From Nitrospinales bacterium (GTDB taxonomy: Bacteria; Nitrospinota; Nitrospinia; Nitrospinales; VA-1): a stretch of 64,000 nt of DNA. The stretch lies in the NCBI GenBank assembly GCA_965223345.1, contig CBDCWG010000012.1, forward strand, positions 1,504,001 through 1,568,000, in the 5' to 3' direction. The notes beneath the pieces are model-generated. The model was given only the letters and a program-made list of their open reading frames with translations. It was not told where the DNA came from and did no database searches. Shown in pieces: positions 50,232 through 58,443 of this stretch (its first letter is position 1; every line of letters begins with the position of its first letter). Both the position numbers and the translations under genes were made by a program.

Positions 50232-52174
50232 GCTTCAATCGAAGAGGAATGCAGACGGCGCTGGCGGTGGCTTGGTTGCTGCTTTGCGTTTTGTCTCCGG
50301 TTGCATTGTACGCTCAGGAGATCGACCGCGAAGCGATGATGCAACAGGCGAGGCAGGCCGGCTGGCAGGGTGATCACGCCCGGTCGGAATCCCTTTATCG
50401 CGAATTGCTGGAGGCCCGTCCGGACGATCTGGAAGCTTGGCTGGGGCTGGCGCAGGTGTTGAGCTGGCAGAAAAAGTTTTCCCAGTCGCGCGAGATCTAT
50501 CAAAAGGTCGAGGGCATGCGCCCGGATCTGCCCGACGGCCGCATTGGTCTGCTGCGGCTTCTGGCCTGGGAGGGCAAGCACGCCGAGGCCGAGGCGGGGT
50601 TGAAGGAATTGCTCGAACAGCATCCGGAGCGGTTCGATATCCTGTCGCTGCTCGGGCAGGTCACCGCCTGGCAGAAAAAGTTTCCCGAGAGCATCGCTTA
50701 CTACCAGACGCTGCTCAAGCTGTATCCAGGCAATCTGGAAGCCCTCAAGGGGCTGGCCCGCACCTACAAATGGATGGAGAACGCCGAGGCAGGCATCGCC
50801 CTCAACCAACAGATCCTGGAAAAGGACCCGGACAACCTGCAGGCCACCCTGGACACCGGCATCCTGTACAGCCAGGTCGGCGACTATGAAAACGCCATCG
50901 ACTACCTGGAACAGGCGCGCGAACTGGCGCCGGAGCGCCAGGACATCCGCGCCATGCTGGGCACGCTCTACAGCTGGACGGAACGGCTCGACGATGCGGT
51001 GACGGAGCTGCAAAAATCCCTGGCGCTGGAACGCGGCGACATCGCGGGCTACATCTCGCTCGGGCGCGTGTACAGCTGGCAGAAAAAGACCGAAGAGTCG
51101 ATCCGGCTGTACGAGGAAGCGCTCAAGATCGATCCGCAAAACACCGAAGCGCTGGTCGGCCTGGGCCGGACCTATCTGTTCGACGACCAGTGGGACCGCG
51201 CCGAGCAGCAGTACCGCGAAGCCCTGAGAATCCGCCCGGACGACGTGGACGCGCAGAACGCGCTCAAGCGGCTGGAAGAGATCAAGGCGCCGGAGGCGGT
51301 GCTGCGCTTCGATTATTTCGAATTCAAGGATCACGATCCCGAAGCGGGGCGGCTGGATTCGGTAGTCACGGATTTTCGCGAAACCGCGGAGTATTTTCAC
51401 AAGTTTTCCGCGCACACCAAGCTGCAGGTGCGCTACCAGCGGTCCGACCTCAAGCAGGTGGACAAGATTTTCAACGACACCGATTACAAAATCGACACCA
51501 ACACCGTGTCGCTGGGGCTGACGCAGCGGCTGCCGCAGAACTTCGGGGTGCGGGCGCGCTACGACTACAGCCGCTTCGACAACGACGGCGATAATTTTTT
51601 CAACCTCAAGGACCCGGAAAACGGCCACTCCGGTTATTTCATCCTGACCAAGGGAATCGGCAAGCATTACGGCACCGTGTCCTACGCGCGCGAGTTGTTC
51701 ATCAGCACCGAAACGGGCGATGCGACGGTGGAGTCGATCGACCGTTTTTCCCTGGCGCACGATTACGATTTCACCGAGCATTTTTCGTTTCTCACCGTTC
51801 TCGCCTGGAGCGATTTTTCGACTTCCGGAGGGCTGCGCCAGGACTATCTCATCCGCCCGCGCTACCGCCTGCCGTTTTATGAAAAGGTGCAACTGGAATA
51901 TCAGCTGCGCTACCTGTCCAACCCGGATGAATTCGAAAACAGCTTCATCGTCAACTTTCAGAACCAGATCCTGGAAAAAGTCCGCTACGAAGTGGACTAC
52001 GCGCTGTCGTTCAATTCGTTCGACGATGCGCTGGAAAACCTGACCACGTTTTTCATCTCCTGGGACATTTCCAAATGCCTTTCCTTGAACGCGGACGCGC
52101 GCTTTTCCATCGAGACGCTCGACGATCAGGATATTTCCCAGAGCTACCAGGCCTACCTGAGAATCAAGTTTTGA
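50228..52174 (+). CDS. TPR-repeat + C-terminal outer-membrane beta-barrel protein (YaiO/PgaA-like export architecture)
   Basis: Signal peptide, multiple TPRs with LA.V.SW pattern, amphipathic beta strands, terminal ..LRIKF. Confidence 0.8.
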   Translation: MSFNRRGMQTALAVAWLLLCVLSPVALYAQEIDREAMMQQARQAGWQGDHARSESLYRELLEARPDDLEAWLGLAQVLSWQKKFSQSREIYQKVEGMRPDLPDGRIGLLRLLAWEGKHAEAEAGLKELLEQHPERFDILSLLGQVTAWQKKFPESIAYYQTLLKLYPGNLEALKGLARTYKWMENAEAGIALNQQILEKDPDNLQATLDTGILYSQVGDYENAIDYLEQARELAPERQDIRAMLGTLYSWTERLDDAVTELQKSLALERGDIAGYISLGRVYSWQKKTEESIRLYEEALKIDPQNTEALVGLGRTYLFDDQWDRAEQQYREALRIRPDDVDAQNALKRLEEIKAPEAVLRFDYFEFKDHDPEAGRLDSVVTDFRETAEYFHKFSAHTKLQVRYQRSDLKQVDKIFNDTDYKIDTNTVSLGLTQRLPQNFGVRARYDYSRFDNDGDNFFNLKDPENGHSGYFILTKGIGKHYGTVSYARELFISTETGDATVESIDRFSLAHDYDFTEHFSFLTVLAWSDFSTSGGLRQDYLIRPRYRLPFYEKVQLEYQLRYLSNPDEFENSFIVNFQNQILEKVRYEVDYALSFNSFDDALENLTTFFISWDISKCLSLNADARFSIETLDDQDISQSYQAYLRIKF

Positions 52175-53070
52175 TGTTCTCTCTGTTGAGCCGAAAAATC
52201 CGAATGGCGTGGGTGGTGAGCCTGCTGCTGCCGCTGCTGTGGGTTGGCGAAGCGCGCAGCGGCGGGGCGATCGAGCTGGACCCCTTCGACCGGGTGGCGC
52301 TGGAAACCGCTCCGGGACTGGGGTTCACCGTCATCGGCGGCAGCCTGCTGGAAAAACAGCAAAAGAAAACGGAAAGCCGGGCGCAGTTGCAACTTGCAGG
52401 CACGCTCCGCAAGGCCTATCTCCTCTGGTCGGGGGAGGTGACCGGCTCCATCGAGAGCGCCAAAACGATCCGCTTCGTGACGCCCGCGGGCAAAGCGCAT
52501 TCTGTGCAAGCGCAACGGATGTGGCGGCAGCCCTCGGCGGGAACCGTTTACACGGCGCTGGCGGAGGTCACCGATCGGGTGAAACAAAGCGGGCGCTACG
52601 GCTTGCAGGGACTCGCATCCGATGTGGTGGCCCCGAAGGGCAAGGATCCGTACACAGTGGCGGGGTGGGCCCTGCTCGCGCTCACCGAAAACCCGGCCGC
52701 GCAACAGAACGCCAGCGTTCTGTTTTTTGCCGGGCTTGAGATTTTAAAGCCCGGTGAGATCTACGACCTTTCCCTGCCGCTTGCGGGTCTGCCTGCGGGA
52801 AACTGGGTCCTCAGCAAACTGGGCATTGTGGGCGGGCACGGGCGCGCGGGCAACGGATCGGGAAACCTTTTGAACGGCACGGCGATTTCCGGAGGCGACG
52901 ACTGGGACGGTTCGGCGGGAAAATTCTGGGACATTGACCTGTTTGCCATCGAGCCGCCGCAGCCGATGCGCAGCGGCGAGCCGCCGACCCTCACACTGGA
53001 CCCGCTCTTGCAGTGGCTTTATCCCCTGGCGCTGGTTCTCAAGCTCAACGACGCCGATTCCCCGAAATGA
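52174..53070 (+). CDS. Secreted hypothetical protein (possible DUF3344-like beta-sandwich)
   Basis: TGATG overlap; signal peptide; KAYLLW, GWAL, FWDID motifs. Confidence 0.6.
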   Translation: MFSLLSRKIRMAWVVSLLLPLLWVGEARSGGAIELDPFDRVALETAPGLGFTVIGGSLLEKQQKKTESRAQLQLAGTLRKAYLLWSGEVTGSIESAKTIRFVTPAGKAHSVQAQRMWRQPSAGTVYTALAEVTDRVKQSGRYGLQGLASDVVAPKGKDPYTVAGWALLALTENPAAQQNASVLFFAGLEILKPGEIYDLSLPLAGLPAGNWVLSKLGIVGGHGRAGNGSGNLLNGTAISGGDDWDGSAGKFWDIDLFAIEPPQPMRSGEPPTLTLDPLLQWLYPLALVLKLNDADSPK

Positions 53071-53287
53071 AAGAGACCGCTGCGCTCTGGAGCGGAATTC
53101 AGACCCGCAACGCGCTGGACTGACGAAAATTGTCATGTTTGTGTGGGGTGGGGATGCCGATGTGAGAATTTTTGCCAAAAACGCGGCCAAACGCACCCCG
53201 GACAGGCGCGTTGAGGGTATAAATATGTCATAATTTTCAAGGGTTTAGTCGGTTTTTGGGCGAAAGTCCCGGTTTTTCTCCTGCCTC

Positions 53288-53303
53288 TGGCCCGGACCTT
53301 GCA
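53288..53303 (+). promoter_or_regulatory. sigma54 -24/-12 promoter for the CTERM/exosortase cassette
   Basis: TGGCCCGGACCTTGCA; IHF-like TTTCAAGGGTTTA at 53235-53247. Confidence 0.65.
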
Positions 53304-53342
53304 GTGTAAATGTGTATGTGTCCCGCAAGGAGGCGAAATACC

Positions 53343-53738
53343 ATGAGCCAAATACTCAAAGTCGGCTTCATCGCCCTTATGACCCTGGTTTTCTGGGGAG
53401 GCGGGTTGCTGGCGTTTTCCGGTTCGCCGCTGGCCGATTCCCCGGCGTTCGCCCAGAGCAATGGGCGGGACGGAGATCAACGGTCCTCGTTTCGCAACAA
53501 TAATGGACGCGGCGGCAACGGCAGGTGGGACCGGGATGACCGGCGTGGCCGTGGAGACAGAAGGGAACGCCGGCGGCGCTGGTGCCGCAGGAATCCCGAC
53601 CGGTGCCGTCCGCCTACGGTTTCCGAACTTCCCGTGCATTACATGGTGGCCAGCGGCCTGGGTGTCGCATTGATGATTTCCGGCGGTCACGCTTACCGGC
53701 TGCGCCGGCGCAACGGCAAGGGCACCCCGACGGCATGA
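53343..53738 (+). CDS. Small secreted protein with putative exosortase C-terminal sorting signal (copy 1)
   Basis: AAGGAGG RBS; signal peptide ending AFA; Arg/Gly-rich middle; WCRRNPDRCRPPTVSELPVHY, hydrophobic segment, LRRR. Confidence 0.8.
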   Translation: MSQILKVGFIALMTLVFWGGGLLAFSGSPLADSPAFAQSNGRDGDQRSSFRNNNGRGGNGRWDRDDRRGRGDRRERRRRWCRRNPDRCRPPTVSELPVHYMVASGLGVALMISGGHAYRLRRRNGKGTPTA

Positions 53739-53786
53739 AGACCGGGCTCGCCGCGGTTGGCGGGCCGGGCAAGGAGGCGACATCCC

Positions 53787-54188
53787 ATGAAAACCAAATT
53801 CAAATATTCCCTGATCGCGGTGCTGATGTTCGGGTTCTTCGCATCCGGTCTCATCGTTCCCGCGGATTTCAGCGGTTCGCTGGCCTACGCGCAGAGATCG
53901 AAGGAGGACCGGGAAAAACGCCGGGAACTGCGGCGGGAAGAACGGCGCAAACGCCAGGAAGCGAAAAAAGCCAAGAAGGAAGCGCGGAAAAAACGCCGCG
54001 AAGCGCGCAAGGAACGCAAAAAGCGCAAACGCTGGTGCCGGCGCAATCCGGATAAGTGCAAACCGCCGACGGTTTCCGAATTGCCGGTGCACTACATGGT
54101 GGCGAGCGGCATGGCCGTGCTGGCGGTATCGGGTGGTTTCGTCTACCAGCTGCGCCGGCGCGACGGCAAAGACACGCAGGCAATATGA
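53787..54188 (+). CDS. Small secreted protein with putative exosortase C-terminal sorting signal (copy 2)
   Basis: AAGGAGG RBS; signal peptide ending AYA; Lys/Arg/Glu helix; WCRRNPDKCKPPTVSELPVHY, hydrophobic segment, LRRR. Confidence 0.82.
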   Translation: MKTKFKYSLIAVLMFGFFASGLIVPADFSGSLAYAQRSKEDREKRRELRREERRKRQEAKKAKKEARKKRREARKERKKRKRWCRRNPDKCKPPTVSELPVHYMVASGMAVLAVSGGFVYQLRRRDGKDTQAI

Positions 54189-55018
54189 AGACCTGGCTCG
54201 CTGCGGTCCTGATTCTGGCGGCGGCGGGGTTTGTCTATTTTCAATCCATCCGCTGGCTGGTGGAAGCCTGGCAGGTGCATCCTTACTACCAGCAGGGATT
54301 TCTCGTGCTGCTGTGCGCCATCGGTTTCGCGGTGTACGAGATCGTGTGGTCGAATCAGCAACGCGAGCCGGTGCACGAAAAAACCTGGATGGTGTTGCTC
54401 GCGGTCAGTGCGCTGCTGTACGGCATCGGCTGGCAGAGCGGCCTCAATTTCCTCAAGGCGGTGCCGATTTTCCTGACGCTGCTGGCGGTGGTTTATCTGC
54501 TGGCAGACAGGCTGCCCGCACGGCGGCTGCGGTTTCCGATCCTGTTTCCCATCATTGCGATTCCGATCCCTTTCATTCCCGAGATCACCGCCTTTCTGCA
54601 GTTCGCCATGGCGGGGCTGTCCACGGGGTTTCTGCAGTCTTTCGGGATGGACATCGAGGCGGAAGGCGCGATGATCTATCTTCCGGAAGCCACGTTTCTC
54701 ATCGCGGAGCCTTCCAGCGGCATTCAATCTCTCATTGCTTTGCTGACGTTGATGATTCCGACGGTTCACTTCACCAACACCACCCGCAGGAAAAAGATCT
54801 TTTTGTACGCCTGCATCGTTCCGGTTGCGGTGTTCGTCAATTTTCTGCGCATCGTCACCCTGTTCATCGTGGGCGACAAATACGGCGAGACCTTCGCCGA
54901 CCAGTTCTGGCACGACACCGGCAACGTGGTGTATTTTTCATTCGCGCTCGTGATCTTTTTCATCCTCTGGTATTCCACGGTCTATGGATTCAAATTGGCG
55001 AAACCGAAACCGGCCTGA
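54185..55018 (+). CDS. Exosortase/archaeosortase (EpsH) family protein with Ser at the catalytic Cys position
   Basis: W...W...PYY.QG, FPI.F....P.P, IAEPSSGIQSL, VNFLRI, FWHDTG; multiple TMs; ATGA overlap with copy 2. Confidence 0.88.
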   Translation: MKTWLAAVLILAAAGFVYFQSIRWLVEAWQVHPYYQQGFLVLLCAIGFAVYEIVWSNQQREPVHEKTWMVLLAVSALLYGIGWQSGLNFLKAVPIFLTLLAVVYLLADRLPARRLRFPILFPIIAIPIPFIPEITAFLQFAMAGLSTGFLQSFGMDIEAEGAMIYLPEATFLIAEPSSGIQSLIALLTLMIPTVHFTNTTRRKKIFLYACIVPVAVFVNFLRIVTLFIVGDKYGETFADQFWHDTGNVVYFSFALVIFFILWYSTVYGFKLAKPKPA

Positions 55019-57011
55019 GCTTCGGCCGCGGCTCTTAGGTTCGATCCTGCTCGGCTGCATCTTCCTGCTTGCGGTTTGGGGCTGCGGCGTTTCTGAACAA
55101 AAAAATGCCGCCACCGCGCCCGCCGCAGCCGAAGTTTCCCGCATCTACAAATTCACCTCCGACACCTCGCATTATTACTCCACTTCACACGAAGGAAAAT
55201 TCGTCGCCAGCTCGGATTTGCTGAACGCCGGCAACCTGGAGAACATCCCTTTGCGGTTTTCCGGGTGGGAAGGGGAGAAGCTGGTTTCGGACGACCCCAA
55301 CATCCTCTACCTGCGCTATTACGAAAGCGCAGCGCAGGATGCGGGGCTTTTTTTCGTGGCGGTGCACGGCACCAACGAGAGCCAGTTCCACACGCCGGAG
55401 GTCTGTTACATCGGCGAGGGCTGGAAAGTCGAGGAACGCGATTTCGCCACGCTCGAGCTGCGGGACGAACGCTTCGAAGTGCGCTACGCGCTGGCCAGCC
55501 GCGACGACATGGAACACCTGATCCTTTACTGGTACCTGTGGCCGGACTCGACGCGCAACATCACCGACGGCATGACCATGCTGCGCGTGTCGGTGATGAT
55601 CGAAGACACGATCGAAGCCGCCGAAAAGGCGGCGATCGATTTCATCACCGGCCTGTCCCGGCTGGAACTCGAGCAGGCGTCCCAGCCGGTGGTGGCGGTG
55701 CCGACGCCGGTGCTGCCGGAAGTGGCCCAGGCTGAACACACCGGTGTCAGCGAATGGACGCCGCACAAGGAAAAGGCGCTGGCCTGGCTGAAATCCCAGA
55801 CCGTGCCCAATGATATCGTCCGGGAACCGGTGCAGGAACGACGCCACCTGCTGATCAGTTACCGCGTCCCCGAGGATTCCGAAGACTACCCCTACGTGTT
55901 CAGCAAGGCATCCCTGTACGACAACGCGCTGGCGGTGCTGGCTTTTTCGATGACGGGGGAATACGGACTGGCGGAGCGGGTGATCGAGGCGGCTTCGCGG
56001 CTGCTCACTCCGGAGGGGGATTTGTGGTTCAGTTTCAACACGCACAATTCCTGGCCCAACGCGCGCGATCATTCGGGCGCCATCATCCGCAGCGGCGCTT
56101 CCGCGTGGCTGGGGTACGCGATCGTGCATTACCTGAAAACGCGGCTGGTGGACAATCCCGATTTTCTCAAACAGGATCAGGATGCGCTGACCCATCTGAA
56201 TACCGCAAAAAAAATCGCCGACCAGCTTCTGACCCGGCAGGTCCTCGCTGAATCCGATCGCCGTTTCGGCATGATCACCGGCGGGGAGGGCAGTTATTCC
56301 TACCGCTGGAACGAAACCGCGAAGCGCGTCGAGGAGTTCTTCACGCCGGGTTCGATCGACTGGGTCAGCATCGAGCACAACATCGACATCTTCTTTTTCC
56401 TGCGCGATCTGGCGCGGCTTTCAGGAAATAAAATCTACGCCACTGCCGCCGAGCGGCTGCAACGCGCGTTGATCGAAAACGCCTGGAATCCTGCAATTGG
56501 CCAGCTCAACCGCGGGCAGCGGCTGGACGGACCCGACCCGGTGCAGGCGCTCGATTGCGCTTCCTGGGGGGCGATGTTCCTGGCTGCGGTGGGGGAGCGC
56601 GCGAAAGCGGAGACCGCTCTCAAATCCAGCCTGAAGTTCGTGTCCGGCACGGGAAGCCGCCGCGGCCACAAACCCTACCGGGATCTGTTGCTTTACGAGG
56701 ACGCGGCCATCAACCAACTGTTTTATCCCGAACAGCCGTCGAAAAACTGGGACGACGTGTCGCTGGTCTGGCCCGAAGGATCGCTGGGCGTCGCGATGGC
56801 TCACATCAAGCTCGATCAGAAACCGGAAGCCAAAGCCTTGCTCGAGTCGATGCTGGCTCTGCAGGATGAAACGGGGGCGTTGCCGTATGCCACCGAAAGC
56901 CTGCGGTTTCAATTCTCCACCAATCCCTCGGTTGCGGGCACGGCGTGGCTGGTCATGGCGATCGCGGCTTACGAGCAGGACCGGGTGCGGGATCTGTTCT
57001 GGGAACGCTGA
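54984..57011 (+). CDS. EpsI-like (exosortase-associated) domain fused to putative six-hairpin glycosidase-like domain; probable lipoprotein
   Basis: LAVWGC lipobox-like; IPLRFSGWEG, FHTPEVCYIGEGW, LYWY, MLRVS; then YDNALA, SIEHNID, ALDCASWG, VWPEGS, SVAGTAW. Confidence 0.75.
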   Translation: MDSNWRNRNRPELRPRLLGSILLGCIFLLAVWGCGVSEQKNAATAPAAAEVSRIYKFTSDTSHYYSTSHEGKFVASSDLLNAGNLENIPLRFSGWEGEKLVSDDPNILYLRYYESAAQDAGLFFVAVHGTNESQFHTPEVCYIGEGWKVEERDFATLELRDERFEVRYALASRDDMEHLILYWYLWPDSTRNITDGMTMLRVSVMIEDTIEAAEKAAIDFITGLSRLELEQASQPVVAVPTPVLPEVAQAEHTGVSEWTPHKEKALAWLKSQTVPNDIVREPVQERRHLLISYRVPEDSEDYPYVFSKASLYDNALAVLAFSMTGEYGLAERVIEAASRLLTPEGDLWFSFNTHNSWPNARDHSGAIIRSGASAWLGYAIVHYLKTRLVDNPDFLKQDQDALTHLNTAKKIADQLLTRQVLAESDRRFGMITGGEGSYSYRWNETAKRVEEFFTPGSIDWVSIEHNIDIFFFLRDLARLSGNKIYATAAERLQRALIENAWNPAIGQLNRGQRLDGPDPVQALDCASWGAMFLAAVGERAKAETALKSSLKFVSGTGSRRGHKPYRDLLLYEDAAINQLFYPEQPSKNWDDVSLVWPEGSLGVAMAHIKLDQKPEAKALLESMLALQDETGALPYATESLRFQFSTNPSVAGTAWLVMAIAAYEQDRVRDLFWER

Positions 57012-57014
57012 GCG

Positions 57015-58439
57015 TCACTTGCCTTTGAAGTCTTTCCGGTCCATGCGGCCCCACCCGCCTTTTTTTCCGCTCGCATACTGAAAGATGCCCACCAGCCGCC
57101 ACCAGGTTGTCAACGGCCGGTAGAAAAACACTTCGATGAGGGACAAACTGATCAGGCTGATGATCTCCAGCAGGCCCGAGTAGCGCCGGAACGTCAATTC
57201 CTCGAAGATGATCGCGCCGGTGGAAAGCAGGATGTTCAAGGCTATGGTGGCGAGGAAGAACAGCAGCGCCAGGGGCGGGTCCACCAGACCGAAAAACAGG
57301 CTGGCGAGAAAAATAAAAAATCCCGTGAACTCGATGAAAGGCCCGAACCCTTCCACAAACAGAAAAAACGGAAACCCCAGAAGACCCACGGCGCCGTACT
57401 TGGGATTGAACAGCATGACTTTGTTGCTCAGCAGGCTTTCCAGCAATCCGCGTTGCCAGCGGGTCCTCTGCTTGCTGAGGTCGGCGAGGTTTTCGGGGGT
57501 TTGCGTCCAGCACACCGGGTCGGGAATGAACACGATGTTGTAGGGCTGTTTTTTTTCCGACAGGTGCTGATGCATGCGCACCACCAGCTCCATGTCTTCG
57601 CCGATGCTGTTGGCGCGGTAGCCTCCGACCTCGATCACCGTATTCTTTTTGAAGATCCCGAAGGCGCCGGAGATGATGATCAGACTCTTGAAGGCGGAAA
57701 ACGCCATGCGGCCGGCCAGGAAGGCGCGCAGGTATTCCATGATCTGAAATTTCGCCAGCGTGTTTCTCGGCAGGCCGACCTCGATGACGCGGCCGTTTTT
57801 GATCTGGCAGCCGTTGGCGATGCGCACCGAACCGCCGGCGGCGACGGTGGTTCGGTCTTCGATGAAGGGCCGCACGATTTTCAAAAGCACGTCGGGTTCC
57901 AGGATGGAATCGGCGTCGATGGAGCAGATCAGCGGGTAGCGCGAGGCGTTGATCCCCGCATTCAGGGAATCCGCCTTGCCGCCGTTGTCCTTGTCCAATA
58001 CGATCAGGTTGGGATGCAGGTCGGATTCGTAGATCCCGCGGATGTTCTGGCAGGGCAGCTGCTTGCGGAAGACGTTCCGCGTCCTCTGCAACTGGAACGC
58101 CCGCTTCAATTCTTCGAGCGTGTTGTCGGTCGAGCCGTCGTTGATCAAAATGATCTCGAACGCGCTGTAATGCAATTGCAGAATCGAGCGGATGCTTTCC
58201 ACGATGGTTTTATCTTCGTTGTAAGCGGGGACCAGCAGGGAAATGGGTTTGGCGAAGGGAGAATGGATGACATTGGTCAATTCCAGAGACTGGATGTGAC
58301 GCAGGTATTTCTTCACCGCATAGTAGGAAACGAACAGCATCAGGATATAACTGGTGTTGATGAAAATAAAATAGAAGGTGATCAGGTGATTGTGGAAATT
58401 GATCACCGGAAGAAAAATTTTTAATAGAGAAGCTTCCAT
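57015..58439 (-). CDS. Processive GT2 polysaccharide synthase (PgaC/IcaA-like)
   Basis: PAYNE, NDGS.D, GGKADSLN, DADS, SGAFG, EDME, QRTRW, C-terminal TMs. Confidence 0.92.
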   Translation of the reverse strand: MEASLLKIFLPVINFHNHLITFYFIFINTSYILMLFVSYYAVKKYLRHIQSLELTNVIHSPFAKPISLLVPAYNEDKTIVESIRSILQLHYSAFEIILINDGSTDNTLEELKRAFQLQRTRNVFRKQLPCQNIRGIYESDLHPNLIVLDKDNGGKADSLNAGINASRYPLICSIDADSILEPDVLLKIVRPFIEDRTTVAAGGSVRIANGCQIKNGRVIEVGLPRNTLAKFQIMEYLRAFLAGRMAFSAFKSLIIISGAFGIFKKNTVIEVGGYRANSIGEDMELVVRMHQHLSEKKQPYNIVFIPDPVCWTQTPENLADLSKQRTRWQRGLLESLLSNKVMLFNPKYGAVGLLGFPFFLFVEGFGPFIEFTGFFIFLASLFFGLVDPPLALLFFLATIALNILLSTGAIIFEELTFRRYSGLLEIISLISLSLIEVFFYRPLTTWWRLVGIFQYASGKKGGWGRMDRKDFKGK

Positions 58440-58443
58440 CGCG

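Noticed and set aside
46740..51892. Long antisense ORFs 46740-47972 and 50198-51892
   Set aside because: Opposite-strand shadows of the REC-HK and TPR-barrel genes.
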